A stretch of DNA of 39,466 nt. It comes from Candidatus Woesebacteria bacterium. Lineage in GTDB: Bacteria > Patescibacteriota > Microgenomatia > UBA1400 > MFAQ01. The position numbers were made by a program, and so were the translations under genes. The notes beneath the pieces were generated by a model. It did not search any database and was not told where the DNA came from. It saw only the letters and a program-made list of their open reading frames with translations. This document shows positions 7,845-16,576 of this stretch, one piece after another; positions within the stretch are counted from its first letter, which is position 1; each line of letters begins with the position of its first letter. Location: the NCBI GenBank assembly GCA_020052895.1, contig JAGVOE010000048.1:1-39466 (forward strand), written 5' to 3'.

Positions 7845-9314
7845 ATGAAAAAAATTGAAGAAGTTAGAGAGTATTTTATAAATCCGAGAAACGTCGAGAA
7901 TGTTGAGGTGGTGGCTCAGCTAGGAGCCGATACAATACGCGCAATGGCGCTGATTTATGTTACAGGAGGAGATATTTCGCTAATGGACGAAAAAACTCAA
8001 AACTGGCTAAGTAGATCCAAAGACTCTGATGCCATCAATGAAATTATGGGTGAATTGCTTTTTCGTGAGTCATCAACCAGAAAATTTGATCATAAATTCA
8101 TGGGGCAAATTCATCCGAGTGGGGGAAAGATAGGTATCTTGGCAACATTAGTGGCGGCGTATATGAATACCAATACCATAGTAAAAGAAGTTTCTTCTTC
8201 TGAGCACAGAATGGAACATGAGGCTATAGATTGGCTCGGAGAAATGTTTGGCTATGACAAAGAAAAATTTAGTGGAAATATCGTCACAGATGGAACTTTG
8301 GCCAACCTGGCAGCATTATGGGTAGCTAGAGAGAAAAAGATTAAAGAATTGAAAGAATCCGGTAAGTGGAAGTCAGACACGGTAATGCATGTCTTGGTAA
8401 ACGACATGAGGCATTATTCGATAGACAAAGCTTGCGTGATACTAGGCACGGGGAATGTGGTGTTAACTCTGCTTCCTAGAAAAGGATATAAAACTGACTT
8501 GGGGGAGGCACAAAAGGCAATTTGGAAGATAAATAGAAGGGGCGAGCAGGTCCTGGCACTAATAGGACTTGCTGGAGAAACTGAAACTGGAGAAGTTGAT
8601 AATATAGATTCTCTGGCTGATTTAGCTGATTCAACGGGAGTGTTTTTACACGTTGATGCGGCTTATGGTGGACCATTCATAATGTCTCAAAGAAGCGGTT
8701 TGTTTAGGGGAATTAATCGAGCAGATTCGATTACGGTAGATCCTCACAAAATGCTTTATGTTCCATACGAGGCTGGGGCTGTGCTATTTAAAGATAAGAA
8801 AGACCACGCCTTGATACAAAGGAGCGCTAGATATTTACAACCAGAGGATAATATGGGTTTATTGGGAGACCCTGAAGAAAGAAATTTTGGTTTTGCGGCA
8901 CGTGTGGAAGGTTCGATGGGATCTGGGGGGGTAATGGCTACCTGGGCCACAGAGAAACTATTGGGTAAAGAAGGATTTACGGCTTTACTTGATCACACGC
9001 TGGAGTTAACAAATCACTGCTTTGACAGAGTCAGCGGTTCTAAGTTTCTTAGACCAATTCACACTCCAGAATTAAACACTCTGTTAATAGGATTATCTAA
9101 TAGTATTCATCTGAGCAAGAAAGATCATTTAGAGTTGGTACAAGATGTCCAACAAGCTGTGGACAAAGAACACGGATACTATGTTTCAACAAATGATGAA
9201 GTGGACAATGGGAAGGCGGCGTTTAGATTTGTAGCAACCCATCCTTGGACAGATATTGTGGATGTTGATGGACTAATCGATTGTTTGGAACTAGAGATTG
9301 CCTCAAGGATATAG
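7845..9314 (+). CDS. group II pyridoxal-phosphate-dependent amino acid decarboxylase
   Basis: VTDGTLANLAALWVARE, HVDAAYGG and SITVDPHKMLYVPYEAG (PLP lysine in DPHK) are typical of the Tyr/Glu/aromatic decarboxylase family. Confidence 0.85.
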   Translation: MKKIEEVREYFINPRNVENVEVVAQLGADTIRAMALIYVTGGDISLMDEKTQNWLSRSKDSDAINEIMGELLFRESSTRKFDHKFMGQIHPSGGKIGILATLVAAYMNTNTIVKEVSSSEHRMEHEAIDWLGEMFGYDKEKFSGNIVTDGTLANLAALWVAREKKIKELKESGKWKSDTVMHVLVNDMRHYSIDKACVILGTGNVVLTLLPRKGYKTDLGEAQKAIWKINRRGEQVLALIGLAGETETGEVDNIDSLADLADSTGVFLHVDAAYGGPFIMSQRSGLFRGINRADSITVDPHKMLYVPYEAGAVLFKDKKDHALIQRSARYLQPEDNMGLLGDPEERNFGFAARVEGSMGSGGVMATWATEKLLGKEGFTALLDHTLELTNHCFDRVSGSKFLRPIHTPELNTLLIGLSNSIHLSKKDHLELVQDVQQAVDKEHGYYVSTNDEVDNGKAAFRFVATHPWTDIVDVDGLIDCLELEIASRI

Positions 9315-9332
9315 TATTTGAGGTTAAATTGA

Positions 9333-9352
9333 CCTGCCTACCGGCAGGCAGG
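9333..9352. repeat. GC-rich palindromic element, variant CTGCCTACCGGCAGGC
   Basis: CCTGCCTACCGGCAGGCAGG. The same 16-mer recurs at 33893-33908, and the close variant TGCCTGCCGGCAGGCA occurs at 30604-30619 and 32385-32400. Confidence 0.8.
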
Positions 9353-9359
9353 CACGATG

Positions 9360-9368
9360 TGATAGAAT
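9360..9368 (+). promoter_or_regulatory. extended -10 promoter element TGATAGAAT
   Basis: TGa+TAGAAT. The ATG of the mini-ORF begins 7 nt after the hexamer. Confidence 0.45.
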
Positions 9369-9374
9369 ACTCTC

Positions 9375-9434
9375 ATGAATAAGTCCTTTTGGTCTCATCA
9401 TACCTATTTCAACCATTCGTTTGGGAGGGTTTGA
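9375..9434 (+). CDS. candidate 19-aa leader peptide MNKSFWSHHTYFNHSFGRV (His-His plus one further His)
   Basis: A short ORF read directly from the sequence. Its last six codons and stop overlap the 5' arm of a long hairpin that competes with a terminator upstream of hisS. Confidence 0.35.
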   Translation: MNKSFWSHHTYFNHSFGRV

Positions 9435-9473
9435 TGTGCTTATTCGATAGTTATCGACACAACCTCCCAAACG
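9418..9473 (+). promoter_or_regulatory. long hairpin (candidate antiterminator)
   Basis: CGUUUGGGAGG (9418-9428) pairs perfectly with CCUCCCAAACG (9463-9473). There are additional UU/AA and GUG/CAC pairs and an apical UCGAUA-GU-UAUCGA hairpin. Confidence 0.55.
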
Positions 9474-9490
9474 GAGGTTTTTTCGTTTTT
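9461..9490 (+). terminator. intrinsic terminator
   Basis: AACCUCC-CAAAC-GGAGGUU followed by UUUUUCGUUUUU. Its 5' arm is the 3' arm of the long hairpin. Confidence 0.65.
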
Positions 9491-9636
9491 GGAGGGTTAG
9501 GAGGTATTATTAAAATAGTGGTGAAAAATAAGAGCTTGCTCGTCTTCTTTTCAATAATCTAATTATTGAAATATCCAGACTGTGCTTCCTCTTATATTTG
9601 CTCATAACTTCGTTATGATGCTTAAATATAAAAAAT

Positions 9637-10848
9637 ATGAATAATATACAAACATTAAAGGGATTTCGTGACTTTTTGCCGAAAGAAGCGAAGGGGCGAC
9701 AGTGGCTGAAAAGAAAAATTGAGGATATTTTTGAGTTGTGGGGGTTCGATCCGATGGAAACACCGACTTTGGAACCCTTGGAACTATTTGAGGGTAAAAT
9801 TGGGGAAGAGGAACAACTATTCTTTAAATTTAAAGATAATGCCGGGCGAGATGTTGCCCTCCGATACGACCAGACGGTACCGACTTGCCGAGTAGTCGGG
9901 CAGTACGCACAGTCACTACCCATGCCTTTTCGCAGATATCAAATTCAACCAGCCTTTAGGGCCGAAAAACCACAGAAAGGGAGGTATCGAGAATTTGTCC
10001 AGTGTGATGCAGATATCTTTGGCGAAAGTTCCTATCTGGCTGATGCTGAAGTAATTGGTTTGTCGATCGATATATACAAAAGATTGGGATTTAAGAATGC
10101 TTGCGTGTCGGTGAACGACCGTGAACTACTAGCTAAAATACCTTACAAGGCGATAGTAGCTATCGACAAGCTAGAAAAGATTGGTGAATTGGGAGTAATA
10201 AGGGACATGATCGAGAAAGGAATTGAGAGAGAAGAAGCAATAAAGTATCTCAAACAGGTTCGTGAACTTCGACCAAATGAAAGGATATTGAAAATATTTG
10301 ATTATTTAAAGAACCTTGGGTTTGATGAAAGTTGGTACAAATTTGAACCGACATTATCCAGATCCTTTTCTTATTCGAGCGGTCCGATTTGGGAGGTTAA
10401 AATAAAAAACTCAACGGGAGGATCAGTGCTGGGTGGAGAAAGATATGATGGGTTGGTAGAAAAAATATCCGGAATTAAAATGCCTGGAACGGGATTTGGT
10501 TTGGGTTTTGATAGAACTTTGGAAGCTTGTCAGGAATTCGGGCTGTTGCCGGAATTTTCGACGGTAACTAAAGTGTTGGTATGTGTGATGGATGGGGAAT
10601 ATTTTGAATATGGGATGCAGATATTAAAAAATTTAAGAGATGTGGGTGTGGAATCGGAAATTTACCCAAGTAAAGAAGTAAAAATAGACAAACAACTAAG
10701 GTATGCAAATAAGAAAGGTATTCCGTATGTGATGATTGTTGGGGCTGACGAAGTACAAGCCAAAAAGGTGTCTCTGAAAAATATGAAGACCGGGGAGCAA
10801 GAGACAACGTTTGTTGAAGATGCGATTAAAAAACTAAAAACAAAATGA
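9637..10848 (+). CDS. hisS: histidyl-tRNA synthetase
   Basis: LKGFRDFLP, RYDQTVP and RRYQIQPAFRAEKPQKGRYREFVQCD are HisRS signatures, followed by a C-terminal anticodon-binding domain. Confidence 0.9.
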   Translation: MNNIQTLKGFRDFLPKEAKGRQWLKRKIEDIFELWGFDPMETPTLEPLELFEGKIGEEEQLFFKFKDNAGRDVALRYDQTVPTCRVVGQYAQSLPMPFRRYQIQPAFRAEKPQKGRYREFVQCDADIFGESSYLADAEVIGLSIDIYKRLGFKNACVSVNDRELLAKIPYKAIVAIDKLEKIGELGVIRDMIEKGIEREEAIKYLKQVRELRPNERILKIFDYLKNLGFDESWYKFEPTLSRSFSYSSGPIWEVKIKNSTGGSVLGGERYDGLVEKISGIKMPGTGFGLGFDRTLEACQEFGLLPEFSTVTKVLVCVMDGEYFEYGMQILKNLRDVGVESEIYPSKEVKIDKQLRYANKKGIPYVMIVGADEVQAKKVSLKNMKTGEQETTFVEDAIKKLKTK

Positions 10849-11927
10849 CAAAAGAAAATTTAATCAAACAGCTGGGTGACTTGGTGGCTTTCAAGACACT
10901 TCCCGGAGAAATCGAGGAGAATTCAAAAGCACTCGACTATGTGGAGAAATTGATTGATAAAGACGTTGTGGTGGAAAGAGTAAAAAATGGAAAGGCTGAG
11001 GTACTAAGAGCCTGGGTGAATAAAAGCAATACTCCTAAGTACTGCTACATGGTCCACATGGATATTGTGGCTGGCCGTGATGATCAGTTTGTGATGCGAA
11101 TTGAAGGTGATAAGGCCATAGGAAGAGGAACAAGTGACATGAAGTTCTCGATTCCTTTGGGTGTGGCCCTTCTAAACGAAGCCAAGTCAAAGAATATCGA
11201 CTTTTGTCTCATGATTACGACCGATGAAGAAGTAGGGGGATTTGAAGGAGCGAAACCAATCGCAGAAAGTGGCTTTGCTCCACAGGTCTTTATAGTGCCA
11301 GATGGAGGGGACAACCTGAACTTCGTGGACAAAGCCAAGGGTGTTTGTCAACTTCGTCTAGTAGCTAAAGGAGTCCCTGCTCACGCCTCCAGACCCTGGC
11401 AGGGTAAAAATGCCATAGATTCGCTGGTGAGACTGGGTGATGAACTACTGAAAATTTACGGCAAGAATAATTTGCAAGAAGGCTGGGAGACGACCATGAA
11501 CTTTGGAACTATAAATGGTGGAATCTCAACTAATCAGGTATGTCCAGAAGCGGAAATGAAAATTGATTTCCGCTATCCTGAAACAGATTCGGTTGAGAAC
11601 ATTACTTCGGTGGTTGAAACAAGAATAAAAGATTTGAACGTAGAAATAGAAGTATCGAAAATGTCTACCGGTTTGCCGACGTTCATCGACATTAACGATC
11701 CTGAAGTAAAAAAATACTTGTCATCGATGGAGAAGGTATTTTGTAAAAAAGTTGAAATAAAACAAACTTATGGAGCATCCGATGCCCGACACTTTGCTTT
11801 ACTAAAGAGTCCGGTTTTAATGCACAAACCACTTGGGGGAGAAATTCACTCGGCAAATGAATGGGAAGATATTGCCTCGGTAATGACGTTTTACGAAGGA
11901 TTGAGAAAATATCTAGGTTTAGCCTAA
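10845..11927 (+). CDS. M20-family metallopeptidase/deacylase (ArgE/DapE-like)
   Basis: MVHMDIV, GRGTSDMKFS, ITTDEEVGG and HSANEW match the M20 family. It overlaps hisS in an ATGA junction. Confidence 0.75.
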   Translation: MTKENLIKQLGDLVAFKTLPGEIEENSKALDYVEKLIDKDVVVERVKNGKAEVLRAWVNKSNTPKYCYMVHMDIVAGRDDQFVMRIEGDKAIGRGTSDMKFSIPLGVALLNEAKSKNIDFCLMITTDEEVGGFEGAKPIAESGFAPQVFIVPDGGDNLNFVDKAKGVCQLRLVAKGVPAHASRPWQGKNAIDSLVRLGDELLKIYGKNNLQEGWETTMNFGTINGGISTNQVCPEAEMKIDFRYPETDSVENITSVVETRIKDLNVEIEVSKMSTGLPTFIDINDPEVKKYLSSMEKVFCKKVEIKQTYGASDARHFALLKSPVLMHKPLGGEIHSANEWEDIASVMTFYEGLRKYLGLA

Positions 11928-13312
11928 AGATTTTTCTTAAGAAAATCGGGGAGAGCGTCGAGATTGATTCTTTCTTGGGTCATGGTGTCTCGGTCTCTTA
12001 CGGTCACTGTGTTGTCTTCTAAAGTGTCGAAGTCGATGGTGACGCAGTAAGGCGTACCTATCTCATCCTGACGACGGTAGCGTTTGCCGATGTTACCCGA
12101 GTCGTCGAATTCGCACATGTAGGTCCACTTTAGAGAGTCAAAGAGCTCTTTGGCCTTGGCAACCAACTCCGACTTGTTCTTAAGTAGGGGGAAAACGGCC
12201 ACTTTGACAGGAGCCATTTTCTTTGGGAACTTCAACACAGTTCGGATGTCATCTCCGACCTTTTCTTCGGTATAGGCTTCGCAGAGGAGGGCAAAGATGG
12301 TACGACCAACACCGACCGAAGACTCGATAATGTGGGGCATGTACTTGGTATTGGTTTCGGTGTCGAGATAAGAAAGATCGGTACCGGAGAATTTACTGTG
12401 CTGAGTTAGATCGTAGTCACCTCTAGCGTGAACACCCTCCAACTCATCAAAACCCCAGGGATATTGATACTCGATGTCATAAGCTTCTTGGGCATAGAAA
12501 ACCAGATGGTCATGTTTGTGCCATTGGAGATTTTCTGTTTTGATACCAAGCAATTTGTAGTATTCCCAGCGATTGTCTCTGAGCTTCTCGTACTGGTTCA
12601 TTTCGTCTTCGGGCTTGGTGAAGTATTGCATCTCCATCTGCTCGAACTCTCGGGTGCGAAAAATGAATTTTCTGGCGGTGATTTCGTTTCTAAAAGCTTT
12701 ACCGATCTGAGCAATACCAAAAGGGATCTTGACGCGGGAAGAGTCGGTAACTGACTTGAAATTAACGTAGATTCCTTGGCAGGTTTCGCCGCGAAGATAA
12801 GAGGGGTTTTCGTTTGCATCGCCGGAAAAATTACCGAGGTTGGATTTTACCAACAGATTAAAATTTTTGGCATCGCTGAAATTGTTCTGACCACAGTCGG
12901 GGCATTTAATTTTGGTCTTGTTGGCCTTAAAAAGCTTGTCGATTTCTTCGATGGGCATTTTTTCGTCGGCTTTCACTCCAATTTCATTGAGCATTTTGTC
13001 GACGCGGGTGCGGGCGTGACACTCTTTACACTCGGCGAGAGGATCAGCAAAACCACCAACGTGACCGCTGGCTTCCCAGATCTTGGGAGCCATAAAGATA
13101 GAAGAATCGAGACCGACAATATCTTCTCGAGTTTGGACCATGTACTTCCACCAGAAGTCCTTGACATTCTTCTCGAGCTCCACTCCGTAGGGGCCGAAGT
13201 CGTAAATAGCGGCAAAACCACCATAGATTTCGGAGCTTGGGTAAACAAAACCGCGGCGCTTGGCCAGAGAGATAATTTTTTCGATAGTGACCGGTGGGCT
13301 AGTTTTTGACAT
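11924..13312 (-). CDS. glyQS: glycyl-tRNA synthetase, alpha2 dimeric type
   Basis: The N-terminus LAKRRGFVYPSSEIYGGFAAIYDFGPYG, together with class II motifs and a C-terminal anticodon-binding domain. Confidence 0.9.
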   Translation of the reverse strand: MSKTSPPVTIEKIISLAKRRGFVYPSSEIYGGFAAIYDFGPYGVELEKNVKDFWWKYMVQTREDIVGLDSSIFMAPKIWEASGHVGGFADPLAECKECHARTRVDKMLNEIGVKADEKMPIEEIDKLFKANKTKIKCPDCGQNNFSDAKNFNLLVKSNLGNFSGDANENPSYLRGETCQGIYVNFKSVTDSSRVKIPFGIAQIGKAFRNEITARKFIFRTREFEQMEMQYFTKPEDEMNQYEKLRDNRWEYYKLLGIKTENLQWHKHDHLVFYAQEAYDIEYQYPWGFDELEGVHARGDYDLTQHSKFSGTDLSYLDTETNTKYMPHIIESSVGVGRTIFALLCEAYTEEKVGDDIRTVLKFPKKMAPVKVAVFPLLKNKSELVAKAKELFDSLKWTYMCEFDDSGNIGKRYRRQDEIGTPYCVTIDFDTLEDNTVTVRDRDTMTQERINLDALPDFLKKNL

Positions 13313-13321
13313 TTGATGTGG

Positions 13322-14644
13322 TTATTGAGCAGAAAGGTGGATGTCGATGCGCTCCATGTCCCTAGGGAACATAGATGCTTCGCGGACATTCTTGAGGCCT
13401 AAGATGTACATAGTAATGCGCTCGGCTCCAAGAGCAAAGCCACCGAGCTGAGGTGAGCCATATTTGAAAGCTTGGAGATAAAGGGCGACATCTTCTTCCT
13501 GGAGACCCCATTCCTTAACATTCTTGAGGATGGTATCGTAATCGTTTAAGCGCTGACCACCGGAGGACCACTCGACACCACGGCAAAGTAAGTCGACACT
13601 TAGACAGTAAGTTGGATCGGCCGGATCTGGGTAGACGTAAAAAGGTTTTTTCTTAGTCAGGAAGTGAGAAACAAAAATAAGGTCGGAACCCTTTTCTTCT
13701 TTGGCCCAGGCGCAAATCTCACGCTCGTCTTCTGGAGCCAGATCTTTTTCTTCTCGGCAGTCTCGACCGGTGCGCTTGAAGATAATTTCTTGAGCCTCGC
13801 GAAGTTTAAGGATGGGAAATTTATTGGACATGAGAGGAATGGTGGCTTCAAAGAGGGCTAATTCTTTTTGGCATCTTTCTTCCACTTCCTTAAAGATAAA
13901 ACGAACGACATATTCTTCCATGTCTAGGACATCTTCCCAGGACTCTAAAAAATTAAACTCGGCATCTAAACTGGTAGCTTCGGTCAGGTGACGAGAAGTG
14001 GTGGAGGGCTCGGCCCGAAACATTTGATTGACGCTAAAGACTCTTTCGAAGGCAGTGGTGAGAAGTGACTTGTAAAGCTGTGGGCTTTGAGAAAGGTAGG
14101 CTTCTTTGTCGAAATATTTTACTTTGAAAACCTCGGCTCCACCCTCGGGAACGGCGTTAATAATTGCAGGGGCTTGAAATTCCAAAAAGTCTTTAGCCAC
14201 CATAGCTTTTCTAAAAGCATCGATAACGACGGCTTGGAGTTTGAAGATAGCTTGAATCTTGGGGTGACGGAAGGAGAGAGAGCGATGATCAAGTAAGGTA
14301 GGTAGCTCAACTTCTAGAGTTTCTTTGCCTAGATCGATGGGTAATTCGGACGAGGGAGAAAGAACAGTCATTTTGAGAGCCTCTATTTCGACAGTGCCGG
14401 TTTCGAGATGGGGATTGACCAATTTTTCAGGTCGGACTTTTACTAACCCTTCAATGGCGATGACATCTTCAGGCTTAAGTGAACTAAGGAGATCGCCTGT
14501 GCCGACAATTTGGACTAGTCCCGTACGGTCTCGAAGATCAATAAAAACAATTTTGCTGTGATCTCTCTTGGTATTGACCCATCCTTTGACGGTGACGGTT
14601 TTACCAACCTTATTAAGAGTATCTTTGACGAGTGTTCTTTCCAT
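13322..14644 (-). CDS. aspS: aspartyl-tRNA synthetase, short archaeal/eukaryal-like type (no GAD insertion)
   Basis: An OB-fold N-terminus (VKGWVNTKRDHSKIVFIDLRD), QSPQLYK, FRAEPSTTSRHLTEATSLDAE and GGFALGAERI. The length of 440 aa fits the short type. Confidence 0.85.
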   Translation of the reverse strand: MERTLVKDTLNKVGKTVTVKGWVNTKRDHSKIVFIDLRDRTGLVQIVGTGDLLSSLKPEDVIAIEGLVKVRPEKLVNPHLETGTVEIEALKMTVLSPSSELPIDLGKETLEVELPTLLDHRSLSFRHPKIQAIFKLQAVVIDAFRKAMVAKDFLEFQAPAIINAVPEGGAEVFKVKYFDKEAYLSQSPQLYKSLLTTAFERVFSVNQMFRAEPSTTSRHLTEATSLDAEFNFLESWEDVLDMEEYVVRFIFKEVEERCQKELALFEATIPLMSNKFPILKLREAQEIIFKRTGRDCREEKDLAPEDEREICAWAKEEKGSDLIFVSHFLTKKKPFYVYPDPADPTYCLSVDLLCRGVEWSSGGQRLNDYDTILKNVKEWGLQEEDVALYLQAFKYGSPQLGGFALGAERITMYILGLKNVREASMFPRDMERIDIHLSAQ

Positions 14645-14703
14645 GTATGAATAATTATACGATGAATAAGAACTGAGAGAACCAAGAGCTCAGGGGAATG
14701 GAG

Positions 14704-14733
14704 ATGACAGCAAGCGGGATACTGGAGTAGAAT
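14704..14733 (+). promoter_or_regulatory. candidate promoter of rel (ATGACA, 18 nt, TAGAAT)
   Basis: The hexamers were read directly. The rel ATG begins 8 nt after the -10 hexamer, which implies a leaderless or near-leaderless mRNA. Confidence 0.45.
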
Positions 14734-14740
14734 CCAGGTA

Positions 14741-16564
14741 ATGAAAACGGAAACGAGCCCACTGCTTCGTCCCCAGATAGATTTTGATCGTAGCTTGGCA
14801 GAGTTTCAAGCAAATGTCTCGCCCAGAGTGATTGAGGCTTTGAAAGTAGCGGCTGAGATTCATAAAAATGACTTCAGAATAGTCACGGGAGAGCCCTACC
14901 TGAATCATTGCGTGGCTGTAGCTAGCTTATTGACCAACTGGGGAGCTGATGAAGATGAAGTGGTGGCTGGATTGCTGCACGACACTTGGGAAGACCATCC
15001 AGAAAAAATTACCTTGGATGATATCGCTGACAATTTTAACGAGAGGGTGTCTCACCTGGTATCCGGAGTGACAAAGCTCAAGTCTAGACGGGGTGAAAAA
15101 AACGAATTTGAGACACTCAAAAAAGTAACTAAAGAGAGTTTTATTGAGCGAGGGGTGGCTCTAATTAAGCTGGCGGACAGACTACATAATATGCTGACGA
15201 TGGAAGGAATGTCCCCCATGACCCAAGAAAGGAAAGCGAGAGAAACACTGGCGGTTTATGCCCCACTGGCCGAGTCTTTTGGACTATGGCAAGTAAAGAA
15301 TCTACTTCAAGATCTATCTTTTAAGTACGTTGAGCCGAAGAGATACTCTCTGACCACAGAAATGATAGATGGTGACCCGAGACTGGAAACGACCTTTATT
15401 GAGAAAAGAGAGGAAGAACTCCAAAAACTACTAGCCCAAAATGGTATTCGAGCCGAGGTGGGACATCAGGTAGGAGGATACTGGGAGATGGCCGAAAAGC
15501 AGAAAAAGTTTGGCATGAGAGCCAGCGCCCAGCCAAACAGCTTTGCTGAGATATCGGATGTGATTAGTTTTAGGGTGGTAGTAGAAGACGGCGAGCTAGC
15601 TGATTGCTACAAAGCTTTGGGGATAGTCCGTCTTTTTTACGAAGGAAAACTAATGAAACAAAGACACAATGACTACCTGGGCGTGAGCGCCGTCAATGGC
15701 TACTCCGCCCTTCATGATACTTACAGATTTGAGGAAGGAGATATTGAAGTAGCTTTTTCGACTAAAAGTAAAGAAAGTTTTAACAACTGGGGAGTGGTGA
15801 GTCTTGACAAAGAGGAACTAAAGAAAAATCCAGAGCTCTACCAAAGGAAGCTGATCTTTACGCCCAAGAAAGAGCTGGTCTTTATGGAGATTGCGGCTAG
15901 GGGAATTGATGTGGCTTATAAACTTAATCCCCTGCTGGGATTGAGGGCTGTGGGCATAATGATAGATGGAAAAATGAACCCGCTGGAGGCGGTAGTGCCC
16001 AATGCCAGCGAAGTTGAGGTGATGTTTGACCGAGATCAGACCAGGCCCAAAGTCGAGTGCCTAGAGTACGGTAATCCCAGTACCAGGAGGTGGATTGAGC
16101 ATCAGCTGTTGGTGGCTCAGAGAGACGAGGAAGTAGCTCGAGGAGAAGAGATGATAAGGTCTGAGATTTTGTCCGAGAGAGGTATCTTAAATATTGTAGA
16201 TTTGGATAGGAGCTTGGTGGACAAACTGTTAATGGAACTGGGCTGCTGGAATGGCCTAGCCGACCTTTACTACAAAGCGGCTTATGGACTGGATCTAAAG
16301 CTGGTCGGTAAAAAAATGGATGAGCTGGGAGTGGTTCGGGGTAGATACACTTCGATTCAGATCCGGGGAATAAATGAAATTGGAATATCTAAAGATCTGG
16401 CACAAATAGTAAATCGATTTGGAGGAGATGTCCGAAGTAAGGTGGAGAAGGTGGATGATCGGGATAAATTTGTGGTCAGAGTTCTCTTGACGATTGGCTA
16501 TGAGGCCAAGAAGAAAATGGAGTTTGAGCTAAAAGAAAAGTTTCCCGACTGTGTGGTGATTTGA
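14741..16564 (+). CDS. rel: RelA/SpoT-homologue (p)ppGpp synthetase/hydrolase
   Basis: An HD hydrolase domain (HCVAVASLL, LLHDTWED), a synthetase region (ISFRVVV, GYSALHDTY), a TGS-like segment and an ACT-like C-terminus. Confidence 0.85.
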   Translation: MKTETSPLLRPQIDFDRSLAEFQANVSPRVIEALKVAAEIHKNDFRIVTGEPYLNHCVAVASLLTNWGADEDEVVAGLLHDTWEDHPEKITLDDIADNFNERVSHLVSGVTKLKSRRGEKNEFETLKKVTKESFIERGVALIKLADRLHNMLTMEGMSPMTQERKARETLAVYAPLAESFGLWQVKNLLQDLSFKYVEPKRYSLTTEMIDGDPRLETTFIEKREEELQKLLAQNGIRAEVGHQVGGYWEMAEKQKKFGMRASAQPNSFAEISDVISFRVVVEDGELADCYKALGIVRLFYEGKLMKQRHNDYLGVSAVNGYSALHDTYRFEEGDIEVAFSTKSKESFNNWGVVSLDKEELKKNPELYQRKLIFTPKKELVFMEIAARGIDVAYKLNPLLGLRAVGIMIDGKMNPLEAVVPNASEVEVMFDRDQTRPKVECLEYGNPSTRRWIEHQLLVAQRDEEVARGEEMIRSEILSERGILNIVDLDRSLVDKLLMELGCWNGLADLYYKAAYGLDLKLVGKKMDELGVVRGRYTSIQIRGINEIGISKDLAQIVNRFGGDVRSKVEKVDDRDKFVVRVLLTIGYEAKKKMEFELKEKFPDCVVI

Positions 16565-16576
16565 GGAAAAGCCAGC

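Noticed and set aside
9510-9923. 137-aa minus-strand ORF
   Set aside because: It is antisense to the conserved N-terminus of hisS and to its upstream region, and it has no motifs.
10845-10848. Possible UGA recoding (Gracilibacteria/SR1-type code)
   Set aside because: TGA terminates conserved proteins at their expected ends in the ATGA overlaps (hisS/M20 peptidase, and ligase 2/ligase 3 at 30309-30312). No conserved gene needs read-through of TGA.
12428-13389. Plus-strand ORFs (12428-12754, 12776-13309) and off-frame minus-strand ORFs within glyQS/aspS
   Set aside because: They overlap strongly conserved synthetase coding frames. These are typical shadow ORFs.
14667-14692. AAGAACTG AGAGAACC AAGAGCTC in the aspS-rel intergenic region as another octamer array
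   Set aside because: It resembles the repeat only loosely and the periodicity is imperfect. It is too degenerate to call.
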